Positions 1-10,300 of a stretch of 20,000 nt of DNA are shown piece by piece (the first letter of the stretch is position 1; the number at the start of each line of letters is the position of its first letter). The notes beneath the pieces are model-generated. The model had not been told where the DNA came from. It searched no databases and saw only the letters and a list, made by a program, of their open reading frames with translations. Source of the DNA: an uncultured virus (IMG/VR IMGVR_UViG_3300009495_000011) (Duplodnaviria > Heunggongvirae > Uroviricota > Caudoviricetes); the IMG/VR virus record IMGVR_UViG_3300009495_000011; one strand, 5' to 3'. The translations under genes and the position numbers were made by a program.

Positions 1-1
1 C

Positions 2-3000
2 AAGTGGGGACTATATGTTTACGATACTAGAAACAAGAACTGGCAGCTAACTAGAATACAATCGTATGATGTGTCAAGTTACTGGACTTACAGAGATTGG
101 TATTCATCTGGCGTAACTGCAAATACACCGATTGATTTCTTAATTGACGGGTCATATCAATTATTAAATATTTCGCCGCGCCCTGGACAAATAGTAAAAA
201 TTACCAATGTCGGCAGTAGCGGAACTTGGTTACTATTAAAGAGAAATAATGAAACTAATGAAAGTGATATCAACTTAAACTATACTGTAGTTGGAAGAGA
301 AAAGGCAACTATAGAATTAAGTTCAGCATTATATGATTTTGATCAAAACGTATTAGGATATGACGGTATTAGTTATGAAGAAGTAAACTACGATAGTATT
401 CCGACTCAAGAAGCAAGAATCATTCTTGATGCTATCCGTAATAATATCTTTATTGATAACTTACAAGTAGAATTTAACAACTTATTCTTTAACAGTGTTC
501 GCTATGTGTTAACTGAACAGACACCAGTTGACTGGATCTTTAAAACAAGTTTTGTAAAGGCAAAACACAATGTAGGAGAACTAGAACAGAGAATTACATA
601 TAAAAATGATAGTTTAACTTCTTATCAAGATTACATCAACGAAGTAAAACCATATAGAACTAAAGTAAGGGAATTTGTAAGTAGCTATAACAAAACTGAA
701 GTAGTTAGCACACTAACCACTGACTTTGATTTAAAATCAACAAATAACATTAAAGTGTTTAATAACGATCTAGTATTAGATGGAAATACATCGTTGGATA
801 TATATCCAGATCAGAGTTGGAAAGATAACCACACATACGGTGTAAGTGATATACAAATACAAAATGCCGGTATAGGTTATCAAACAGCACCTGAGTTAAC
901 AATCAGCGGTGGCGGCGGCCGCGGCGCAACAGCTAAAGCATATATCGGTAGTGGCGGAAAAATCACTAATGTTGTGGTAACTAATTCAGGAACTGGGTAT
1001 TACTCAAGACCTGATGTAATTATTAACGGCTCAGTTGATGATACAGGCGAAACTGCTACACTTATTGCTATCATTGATAATAATACAATTCGTAAAAACG
1101 ACATAACAATTAAATTTGATAGGACACTAGGTCAATCAGAAGTACTAAATTTAGATGTTACAGAAACATTTTTAGGCACAGGCGTGCAAACAACATTTGC
1201 GCTAAAGTGGCCAGCTGATTTAAGAAAAGGTTTAACTACTGTTAAAATTAATGGCGAGGAATTGCTAGACAGCGAATATAGTTTAGGAAATGCTACTACT
1301 AAAGTCGACGGACTAACTAAGTTGTTCGGACATTTAGAAATATTAATAGCAGCAGAAGCAACCGAAACTTTAACTATTGAATACAAAAAAGACATTTCGT
1401 TCTTAAGGGCCTATGATAGAATTAACTATTATTACAACCCAACTGTTGGACAACTTGCAAAAGACCCGGCTGCGTTAATGACAGGCGTAGACTATGGCGG
1501 TGTAAGCGTAACAGGTTTTGGATTTGAACCTTCAGGTGGTTGGGGCACAGACGGAACAAGTTGGGACAACGTAACTTGGGAAGGTAGTGACGAAACATTT
1601 ACAGATATCACACTTTACAATGATGCTACTGAGCTAACTTATACATTTGCAACTGCACCTGCGGTTGATGACATATGGAACGTTTATGTAAACGGAGTTC
1701 GTATTGATGATACTAACTGGAATGTAGGAACAGGCATAACGAATACAAATGCAGTAATGCAAACTATTGCAGGTGACGGAGAAACAACAGACTTTACTAT
1801 TCCGTTACAGAATTTGTCAAGTGTTATATTAGGTGATGCAGGACAAGAACAAGTTATCTTAAGAAAATCAACAAGTGATGGCAGCTTCATCCCAGTAGGC
1901 GTTGATATTGATAGTATTGTTAACGGCGGCGATCTAGGATATGCTCAAGCTACTGGGTATAATCCAGAAGATATCACAATGGATGGCGACGGATTTGTTA
2001 CACCAACTACAAGCGGCGGCTTAGAAGAGCAAGTTCCGGGGCACGTTTCGGAATCTATTGACATGTTTGTTTATAGCTTGTCACGTAGTGGCGGCCCACA
2101 GATTAACAGCATTAGTTACGTAGCAGATGGAAGCACTAAGAGTTTTGCTTATATTGCAGATCCGCAAAGTAAAGATGCGCTAATAATAAAAGTTAATAAT
2201 AAGATCCTGCGTCCAAACCAGTATCAGTATACTCCAAACTTTGCAGCGTACACTGACTTCTTAACAGCATACGAAAGTAACAAGGCTATTAAAGAAGAAC
2301 AGCTTACTATAGTTTCGTCTAGAATTGACGAACTACAGGTATTAATTGCTCCATTAGAAACACAATTAGATGACATTGCAGTTGAAATAATCAATCAGCA
2401 GTCGTTACTAGATGCAATTGAAAATAGTATACTCTTTACACAGTCTCAAATTGCTTCATTAGAGTCACAGGTTGCATCGCTTAGTCCTCAGAGTCCTACT
2501 TACGAAAGTCAGCTAGCTAGTTTACTAAGCCAGATTAGTGTTCTGCAAGGTCAGTTGTCGGGTTACAATAGTCAGTTTAGTCAAGAAACAGTAGACCTTG
2601 CTGCACTAGTAGAAACTGAATCACAACTATCTATAGCTATTAGTGATTATACAACAGAACTATCTACTTTGCAACCACAAAAAACATTGCTAACTAGTGA
2701 AGTAGCAGAGTTAGATGTTAATATACAGTCGTTAAATGATTACCTGATTAATCCAGGTAAAACTATAATATTGAATACAGTACCAAGCGTAAACGATGTT
2801 GTTACTATTATGACATTTGGTACAAACGGCAATGATATTATTTTAATTGACGGATTTACTGGCGACGGAAGTACAAGCGAATTTATTACTCCATTGAAAT
2901 ATACTAAAGACCTAAGAGTATTTGCAACAGTTAATGGCAAACGAGTTAAGCCAAGATTGCTTGTAACAGATGATTCTTACCAAGAATCTAACAGACTAGG

Positions 3001-4606
3001 TCTAGATTTTGATCCAACTCCGCCAACTAACGCTGACATCAAATACACAGTATATAACGACGAGTCTCCAGATTATAGTTACATACAAAAGCAGCTAGAA
3101 ACAGCTGACGGTAGTACAACACAGTTTGATCTTGATGACACTCCGTATGGTGCTTCTCCAAGTGCTAACTTCTTAGTAGTATTTGCTGATGACAAAATGT
3201 TAAATGGCGGATACACACAGGTGTTTACAGCTAACGGCGCAGACGACTTTCAAGTTGACCTAAGTGACTTTGAATATGGCGAGTTTAGTTCAGGACACAC
3301 AGAAGTTTATGTAGACGGTATAATTAAAGAACTAGGGGTTGATTACCAAATTGATTTTGGATCTAACACAATTGCTTTCATTGCTGGTAAACTTAAATTA
3401 GGTCAAGAGATAAAAGTATTCATCATGACAAATGCACAATACTATGTGATGAACGGAAAGTTAGTAACTCCTACTGCATTACCGAGCGGCACAAACTTGA
3501 TGATTATGAGTTTTTACAACACTGATGTGTTTGACACTCAGCATAAATCTAAGAGCGTACTAAGTAGACGTACATTAACTCCTGCAAGCAAATGGTACCG
3601 TAGTAGTGTTGCAGGCAATGCCGGAATTATTCTTCTAAGCACACCAGTTTCAAATGCAAACTACGTACTAGTTGCAATCAACGGTTCTTTGTTAACTCCT
3701 CACAGAGATTACACACTAATCGAAGGCGGCACCGCAGTACAAGTTGATATTGCTCGTAATATTAACAGTACTGATACATTTAGTATTGTTATATTTGATT
3801 ATGATCCAGTTGAAAAGAGTTTTGCATTTAGACAGTTTACTGATAACTTGAATAGAACTCATTACAAAGCAGTTAATACTGAAAAGTCAACAAAGTTAAC
3901 TACATTACTAAATTGGTATGACAGCAGTATTGAGGTAGATGATGCTAGTGTATTAGACGATCCAATTGTAAGACAAAACGTTCCAGGAATTATATTCGTT
4001 GGATCAGAACGTATTGAGTACATGAAGAAAGAAGGAAATATACTATCACAACTAAGAAGAGGAACGTATGGCACTGCTACTAAAGAAATTTATCATGCTG
4101 CGACAGAAGTTCTAAATCAAGGTAAGAGTTTAACAATTGATTATCTTGACACAGAGCTTACTGAAGTATTTTACGGTGACGGAATAACACAAGAATATTC
4201 GCTTCCATACACTCCGAAGTTAAATACAGCTACAGTAAGAGCAAACAACGGTTGGAACAGAAATAACGAATTTGACCCAACTGCAACATCAATTCCTGAG
4301 ACATATGGACAAGCAGATGATATTGAAGTTTTTGTAGAGGGTAAGAGAATGAACAAAGCGCCATGCACATTATATAACCCAGACAAAGACCAGCTAAGTC
4401 CGTTAGGTGACAGCGGGTTACCTGCAGATTTTAGTGTTAATGGAACACCGTCTGTGCGTTTAACAGTTGCTCCAAAAGTAGGCGCAAAGATAGTAATCAA
4501 GCGTAAACAGGGTGTAATATGGCAGAATCGTGGAGAAAGTTTATCAGATACAGAAAATGCAATAGGCAAGTTCTTACGTGCCCAAACAGTTTCGTTTCCT
4601 AAATAA
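2..4606 (+). CDS. Giant virion structural protein, baseplate-wedge-like, 5'-truncated (>1534 aa)
   Basis: The frame is open from base 2 (KWGLYVYDTRNKNWQLTRIQSYDVSSYW...), so GTG at 71 is not the true start. Features: segment YINEVKPYRTKVREF, resembling the baseplate wedge KP-x-x-T motif; Gly-rich NAGIGYQTAPELTISGGGG...VTNSGTGY repeats typical of large-myovirus structural proteins; about 7 GDGxTxxF beta-repeats. It lies directly upstream of the tail-fibre genes. Stop is TAA 4604-4606. Confidence 0.75.
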   Translation, partial: KWGLYVYDTRNKNWQLTRIQSYDVSSYWTYRDWYSSGVTANTPIDFLIDGSYQLLNISPRPGQIVKITNVGSSGTWLLLKRNNETNESDINLNYTVVGREKATIELSSALYDFDQNVLGYDGISYEEVNYDSIPTQEARIILDAIRNNIFIDNLQVEFNNLFFNSVRYVLTEQTPVDWIFKTSFVKAKHNVGELEQRITYKNDSLTSYQDYINEVKPYRTKVREFVSSYNKTEVVSTLTTDFDLKSTNNIKVFNNDLVLDGNTSLDIYPDQSWKDNHTYGVSDIQIQNAGIGYQTAPELTISGGGGRGATAKAYIGSGGKITNVVVTNSGTGYYSRPDVIINGSVDDTGETATLIAIIDNNTIRKNDITIKFDRTLGQSEVLNLDVTETFLGTGVQTTFALKWPADLRKGLTTVKINGEELLDSEYSLGNATTKVDGLTKLFGHLEILIAAEATETLTIEYKKDISFLRAYDRINYYYNPTVGQLAKDPAALMTGVDYGGVSVTGFGFEPSGGWGTDGTSWDNVTWEGSDETFTDITLYNDATELTYTFATAPAVDDIWNVYVNGVRIDDTNWNVGTGITNTNAVMQTIAGDGETTDFTIPLQNLSSVILGDAGQEQVILRKSTSDGSFIPVGVDIDSIVNGGDLGYAQATGYNPEDITMDGDGFVTPTTSGGLEEQVPGHVSESIDMFVYSLSRSGGPQINSISYVADGSTKSFAYIADPQSKDALIIKVNNKILRPNQYQYTPNFAAYTDFLTAYESNKAIKEEQLTIVSSRIDELQVLIAPLETQLDDIAVEIINQQSLLDAIENSILFTQSQIASLESQVASLSPQSPTYESQLASLLSQISVLQGQLSGYNSQFSQETVDLAALVETESQLSIAISDYTTELSTLQPQKTLLTSEVAELDVNIQSLNDYLINPGKTIILNTVPSVNDVVTIMTFGTNGNDIILIDGFTGDGSTSEFITPLKYTKDLRVFATVNGKRVKPRLLVTDDSYQESNRLGLDFDPTPPTNADIKYTVYNDESPDYSYIQKQLETADGSTTQFDLDDTPYGASPSANFLVVFADDKMLNGGYTQVFTANGADDFQVDLSDFEYGEFSSGHTEVYVDGIIKELGVDYQIDFGSNTIAFIAGKLKLGQEIKVFIMTNAQYYVMNGKLVTPTALPSGTNLMIMSFYNTDVFDTQHKSKSVLSRRTLTPASKWYRSSVAGNAGIILLSTPVSNANYVLVAINGSLLTPHRDYTLIEGGTAVQVDIARNINSTDTFSIVIFDYDPVEKSFAFRQFTDNLNRTHYKAVNTEKSTKLTTLLNWYDSSIEVDDASVLDDPIVRQNVPGIIFVGSERIEYMKKEGNILSQLRRGTYGTATKEIYHAATEVLNQGKSLTIDYLDTELTEVFYGDGITQEYSLPYTPKLNTATVRANNGWNRNNEFDPTATSIPETYGQADDIEVFVEGKRMNKAPCTLYNPDKDQLSPLGDSGLPADFSVNGTPSVRLTVAPKVGAKIVIKRKQGVIWQNRGESLSDTENAIGKFLRAQTVSFPK

Positions 4607-4611
4607 ATACA
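4601..4611 (+). promoter_or_regulatory. Putative T4-like late promoter (TAAATA core) in AAATAAATACA
   Basis: TAAATA at 4604-4609 overlaps the stop codon, about 22 nt before ATG 4631. The identical 11-mer occurs at the junction 13248-13258. It resembles the T4 late consensus TATAAATA. Confidence 0.6.
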
Positions 4612-4630
4612 ATATGGTAGAGAGAAAAAT

Positions 4631-5242
4631 ATGACAAAAATTAATGAACCGAGTGGGATACACGTAGAAGGGCATATTAAAATATATGATCCGGAAACTA
4701 AGGAAGTCTATGTGAATAAGCGAAATGCTATTCACTATGAGAACATGAGTATTGCGTTAGCTGAAAGTATTGCTAATGCTGGCCAAGGTAACATATATGA
4801 AATGAGCTTTGGTAATGGAGGAACTGCGGTTGACCCAACAGGCATTATCACTTACTTAACTCCTAACTCAACAGGAACCAATGCAAGTTTGTACAATCAA
4901 ACATTTAGTAAGGTTGTTGACGATCGCAGTACTGAAAACACTGACCCGCTAAGAAACAGAATTGAAACTCGCCATGTTACCGGTGTTAATTATACTGATA
5001 TTGTTGTAAGTTGTTTACTAGACTACGGCGAACCAGAAGGTCAAGATGCTTTTGATAACTCTACCGATACCGAAGCATTATTTGTATTTGACGAACTTGG
5101 TCTAAAAGCAAAGCGCACTACAGGCGATAACTTACTTGTTACTCATGTTATTTTCCACCCAGTACAAAAGTCACTGAACAGACTTATTCAAATTGATTAT
5201 ACAGTTAGAATTCAAAGTCTAAGTGGCGGAAGTGAGGTCTAA
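4631..5242 (+). CDS. Conserved phage structural protein, probably baseplate/tail-fibre attachment (203 aa)
   Basis: Clean ORF with GAGAG upstream of the ATG. The pattern MSFGNGG...LYNQTF...FDELGL...LLVTHVIFHPVQKSLNRLIQIDYTVRI resembles fibre-attachment (tail-collar-fibre N-terminal-like) domains. It sits between the wedge-like gene and the fibres. Confidence 0.6.
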   Translation: MTKINEPSGIHVEGHIKIYDPETKEVYVNKRNAIHYENMSIALAESIANAGQGNIYEMSFGNGGTAVDPTGIITYLTPNSTGTNASLYNQTFSKVVDDRSTENTDPLRNRIETRHVTGVNYTDIVVSCLLDYGEPEGQDAFDNSTDTEALFVFDELGLKAKRTTGDNLLVTHVIFHPVQKSLNRLIQIDYTVRIQSLSGGSEV

Positions 5243-5244
5243 GA

Positions 5245-7338
5245 ATGCCATATACTATTACATTTAGTGATACTACTAAAGAACCTATTGTTGTAGATGA
5301 TCTTACTATTAATGAACAAACTGATTTAAAGTTTATTGGTAAAAATACTGCCGGTTATGCAGTTGCAACTGGCGAAAACTTTTTGCACTTATTAGAAAAC
5401 TTTGCTAATATCGATGCTCCAAATAATCCTGTTGAAGGACAAATATGGTATAATACCACAACAAACGTTATGTACGTATTTGATAGTACACAGTGGGTTG
5501 AAATTGGCGGCCTTAAAAAATCAAATACGAAACCGACAGCGGCAGAAACACAAGAAGGCGATCTATGGGTTGACTCGCAAAATAAAACATTGTACTTGTT
5601 TGCTAATGGTGCTTGGATCTTAGTAGGACCAAACTATAGCGAAGGCAATAAAACAGGTATTATTGCAGAAGAAGTTGTTGATGTTAACAACAACACTTAT
5701 TTTGTTATTAAAGTATTCATTGCAAACGAATTAATTGCAGTTATTAACTCTGCTGAAGAATCAACAGGTATTCCTTACATTAGACCAAGAACTAAAATTC
5801 CAGGATTTGATTTATTGTACAAAGGAATTACCCTTAAAAATGCAACATCTGGTTTAGCATTTAAATACTACGGAACAGCCGAACGTGCTGAAGCGTTAAG
5901 TATTGCTGGCAGTACTATTAGTGCTGATAAATTTTTAAGAAATGATATTAGCGGAGCAATACAAGGCAATTTGCGTGTTAAAGCAGATGCGGGCGTATTC
6001 TTAGGCGAAGAAGGTACATTTAATGTTCGAGTTGCTGGCGGCGACGGAATTTTAACTAATAACGTTGACGGCGCCGACATCAAATTCCAAGTTAATAATG
6101 CTGGAATACAAACAACTCCGGTTACTATATCCAACGCTGGAAACATAGTAGTAACTGGAAACAGTACTGTCATTAATAGCAATGCAACAGCAGTAGTTGT
6201 TACAGGAACAGAAGCAAGCACCAACAGTCAAACAGGTTCTATAAGAACAGCGGGTGGCATTGGTGTTGCTGGGCAGTCTTATTTTAACGACATTGTAAAA
6301 GTTAATGGAAACTTAACAACTACAAATCTTGTTACCGAAGGTCAAGGCATTCATGACATCGGTAGTGCATCTAATAAGTACAGAAATCTTTATACAAATA
6401 CAGTTTATACTACAGTATTAAATGCAGAAACCATTACTGGTAGTAACCTAACAATTGAAGGTAACGTTGAAAGTGCAACTTCGCTTGCTAACTCAACTAC
6501 ATTTAGATTAGTAGGAGATGTTACAAGCACCGAAGTTGAATACGACGGTACTGCAAATGCTGGAACAGGCCAGTTTGTTCAAGAATTTGAAACTACACTT
6601 GGACCAGAACTTATTGGTAATAAAAGTTTATTACCTAGAGCAGATATTAATAGAGAAGCAGACGAACTTTTAATCAATGACGTTGGCAACGCTTTAAGAA
6701 AAACCACAGTTAATGATTTATTAAGTTTAGTACCAACTTTGCCAGTGGGGAGTATTACGCCTTGGGCAGGTGATTGGAGTGTTGTAGCAACAAGACCTGC
6801 AGGATGGCTACTATGTGACGGAAGTCAGGTAAGTCAAACAAAATTTAATCAATTATATACTGTACTCGGCGGAGCAAGCAATTTATATCCACAGCTAGAT
6901 GATCCACAGCCTGGTAATTTTTATCTACCAGACTTAAGAGGCCGTATGGTCCTTGGTGTAGATAGTATGAATAACTTAGAAGGCACTGGTGGCGGCGCAG
7001 CTAACCGCGTGTCAAATAATGCTGCTTCGGCAGTGGGTAGAACAGGCGGCGCAGAGTCAAGAACTTTAAGTGCTAGCAACCTACCAGAACACTCGCATAA
7101 CATGGAAAGCACAACAGGTGATCCTTTCTATGCTTACAGAGATTACAATGACGGGCAAACAGGAAACGGAATGTCAATTACTTCATCAGGAACAGTCACA
7201 GACGGTGGACAACTATCTTCAAATGCAGGTAGTGTAGTCGGTCCTGATGGCACTGAAGTACAAACAGGCACACCTTTAAATGTACTTAACCCTTACATGT
7301 CTCTCAACTTTATCATTTACGCTGGGGAAATAACATAA
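5245..7338 (+). CDS. Tail fibre protein with C-terminal phage tail collar domain (697 aa)
   Basis: GAGG RBS. Collar motif PVGSITPWAG...PAGWLLCDGSQVSQTKFNQLYTVLGG...FYLPDLRGRMVLG at ~6742-6957, followed by GGAESRTLSASNLPEHSH and terminal NPYMSLNFIIYAG (short-tail-fibre/MdpB-like). The N-terminus is shared with the next two genes. Confidence 0.85.
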   Translation: MPYTITFSDTTKEPIVVDDLTINEQTDLKFIGKNTAGYAVATGENFLHLLENFANIDAPNNPVEGQIWYNTTTNVMYVFDSTQWVEIGGLKKSNTKPTAAETQEGDLWVDSQNKTLYLFANGAWILVGPNYSEGNKTGIIAEEVVDVNNNTYFVIKVFIANELIAVINSAEESTGIPYIRPRTKIPGFDLLYKGITLKNATSGLAFKYYGTAERAEALSIAGSTISADKFLRNDISGAIQGNLRVKADAGVFLGEEGTFNVRVAGGDGILTNNVDGADIKFQVNNAGIQTTPVTISNAGNIVVTGNSTVINSNATAVVVTGTEASTNSQTGSIRTAGGIGVAGQSYFNDIVKVNGNLTTTNLVTEGQGIHDIGSASNKYRNLYTNTVYTTVLNAETITGSNLTIEGNVESATSLANSTTFRLVGDVTSTEVEYDGTANAGTGQFVQEFETTLGPELIGNKSLLPRADINREADELLINDVGNALRKTTVNDLLSLVPTLPVGSITPWAGDWSVVATRPAGWLLCDGSQVSQTKFNQLYTVLGGASNLYPQLDDPQPGNFYLPDLRGRMVLGVDSMNNLEGTGGGAANRVSNNAASAVGRTGGAESRTLSASNLPEHSHNMESTTGDPFYAYRDYNDGQTGNGMSITSSGTVTDGGQLSSNAGSVVGPDGTEVQTGTPLNVLNPYMSLNFIIYAGEIT

Positions 7339-10300
7339 TGGCATATAGAATCAATAGAACAGATGGGACGCTGATTACAGAAGTAATTGACGGTACTATT
7401 GACAGTAATAGTATCGACATTACACTGATAGGTAGAAACTATGCAGGGTTTGGTGAGATACTAAACGAAAACTTTGTTAAGTTGCTTGAAAACTTTGCAA
7501 GTTCTACAAGTCCGCGCAATCCGTTGCAAGGTCAGTTGTGGTATGATAAAAACGAAAATAGACTTAAAATTTACGATGGTAGTACATTTAGAGCAGGCGC
7601 TGGCCCAATTGTTTCAGAAACACAGCCAACTGCACTTGTTGCAGGCGACATTTGGATGGATTCGAAAGAAAACCAAATGTACTTTTATGATGGAACTGAC
7701 CTTACATTAGCAGGACCTATTTACAGTAAGTCACAAAACACAAGCGGATTTGTTACTGAAACAATTAGAGATGATCAGCTACAGCCGGTAACTATTACTA
7801 AGATATTTACAGATGGTGTAATGCTAGGTGCGTACTCTCCAAAGAATTTTGTTCCATTAGCTGGCCAAATTCCAGAACTAGGTGACAACTTATATACCGG
7901 CTTTAATGCTAGTACTGCGCAGACATTTACTAACAATAACGTAACAGTTGATACTGCAAAGTTCTTATTGGACGCTAGTGGTGTACGTAGAGATGCTTCG
8001 CAGTTTTTGTCAACTTATACTTCTGGAACAATTAATGGTAGATTAACAGTTGCCTCAAATAACGGTGTTGTTCTAGGCGCACAAGGTCAGGTAACACATA
8101 CTATGGAATCTGATCGCTACAACATTACTAATACTAGAAGTAACCAAACAATGGCAATTAGTGTTAGTGTTGACGGCATTAGAGAAAACGCCATTACAAT
8201 TAATACGCCTAACAGATCAGTTGGTATATTTTCTTCATCCCCAGAATATACACTTGATGTTGGCGGCGATGCCCGTATTACAGGTAATTTAAGAGTTGAT
8301 GGAGAATTAACAACTATTTCAACTACGGAAGTTGTGGTTGAAGACAGTAATCTAACATTAGGCAGTGGCGCTATTAGTGCAGGTGACGTAAACGGTGGCG
8401 GCATTACACTTTCTGGTGCTAATGCTAGCTTAACTTACGATTCTTCTGATAGCGGATATTGGAGATCAAATCAAGACTTCGATCTACCTAGCGGCAAAAA
8501 ATACTCAATTAACAAACAAATGATTTTGAGTGCAGACACTTTAGGTAATAGTGTTGTAAACTCTAACTTAACTAATGTAGGTATTTTAGAAGACTTACTT
8601 ATTAGTTCAGTAAGTGGGTTATATTTACAAAATAGCACAATTGCTTCGTCTAGTCCAATAACTATCGATACAACTAGCGGAGTTCTTTTATTAGGACAAG
8701 CTGGAGTAAGAACAGTACAAATTAAAAACATGTCTGAACCGACTTCTAGTACAGATGCTACAACTAAAAATTATGTTGATTTGCTTGTTGCAGCAAACGC
8801 CGGTGTTAACACAGTTCAAGGACTGGGCGGTACTGTTAGAGTTGACTCTAACAGATTGCCAGAAGGCACACAGGGCGATGCTGTATTTTGGAATGGTGCT
8901 GAATGGGCAGATGCAGTTTATACTAATGGGCTAGACGGCATAAGTGCTGATTTAAATAGAAAATACTATACTAACGAACGTGTTCAGTCGTACTTAACAG
9001 CCAACAACTACACAACTACTACCTATGTAAACACAATTCGTGATAACATTCTTGGAACTCCGGCTCCTATTTCTAGTATGAATACGTTATCAGAAATTGC
9101 AGCAAGTATTGATAATAATCCAAACTTCAAAGCGTATGTTGATGCAGAAGTTGCAACTCGTATTAGCGCAGGCGTAAACGTATTTGCTGGTGCAGGATTA
9201 GTGGACGCAGGTAATACACAGCTAACAGGAGATGTTACTATTAACGTTGCTGCTGGTAATGGTATTATAGCAACAGCTAACGAAGTGCGTGTTGATATGA
9301 CAGTATTTGATACTGATGATTTAACTGAAGGTACTGTTAATTTATACTTTACTGCTCTAAGATCTAGACAATCATTAACAGGTGCAAACGGTGTTACATA
9401 CAACAATACTACAGGTACTATTGCAATTGGTCAAGATGTTGCTCCTACAGCAATTCCTACATTTGGTGGATTAATAACCACAGGTAACACAACATTAGGC
9501 GGCTCAACAACACAGATTAACTCAACAAACTTGCGTTATGCAGGCCTTACATTGTTAATGAATTCTGATGAAACTGCTGCTCCAACGCAGGATATTAACT
9601 TTACAGTTGAACGTGGATCAGCAAACAACGTAGGTATACGTTGGAATGAAACTAATGATCAATGGGAATTTTCAAACAACGGTATAACATATACTCCGTT
9701 AGGTAGTGCTAGTGTGTTTACTGGAACAACAGACGGTGTTCCGGAAGGCGTTGTTAATCTTTACTATACAGATGCGAGAGCAAGAGCTGCACTAAGTGGC
9801 AGCACAGGCGTAACATATAATAATACAACTGGTTCTATTGCAATTGGTCAAGATGTTGCACAATCAGCATCGCCTCAGTTTGTTGGTTTAACAACTACAG
9901 GACTTGCTTTATTAGAAAACTTAGATGTAAACACGGCAGCTGACATTGGCGACATTAGTATCAGCGGAAACACAATTACACAAGTTAATACTCCTGGAAA
10001 TATCCAAATTGGCGCAACTCCGGGTGGCTTTATTGACTTCTTTAGTCCTGTACAAGGTACTGACATTTATAGTGCAAGGTTTACTACTGATGCATTGTTT
10101 ATAGAAGGAAACAAAATACGTACAGCAGTTTCTAGTTCAGATCTAGAACTTGATGCATTTGGTGGCGGCAGTGTTCGTGTACTAACTGGAATGATTGTCG
10201 AAGGCGACTTAACTATTACAGGCACAACTACTACAGTTAATTCAACAACAGTTAATATTGCAGATAATATTATTACACTCAATTCAAACCAAACAACTCT

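Noticed and set aside
71..73. GTG start given for the 1511-aa ORF
   Set aside because: The frame is open back to base 2 with plausible protein sequence, so the gene starts upstream of the window.
905..927. GC-rich stretch containing the palindrome GCGGCCGC
   Set aside because: It is explained by the Gly run SGGGGRGA in the coding frame.
2231..2757. Insert as an intein or intron
   Set aside because: It has no Cys/Ser start with a His-Asn end and no homing endonuclease motifs. The frame is continuous and the sequence is heptad-like.
165..5867. Other TAAATA hexamers inside genes (for example ~165, 4221, 5862)
   Set aside because: They are expected by chance in AT-rich DNA and are not positioned just upstream of gene starts.
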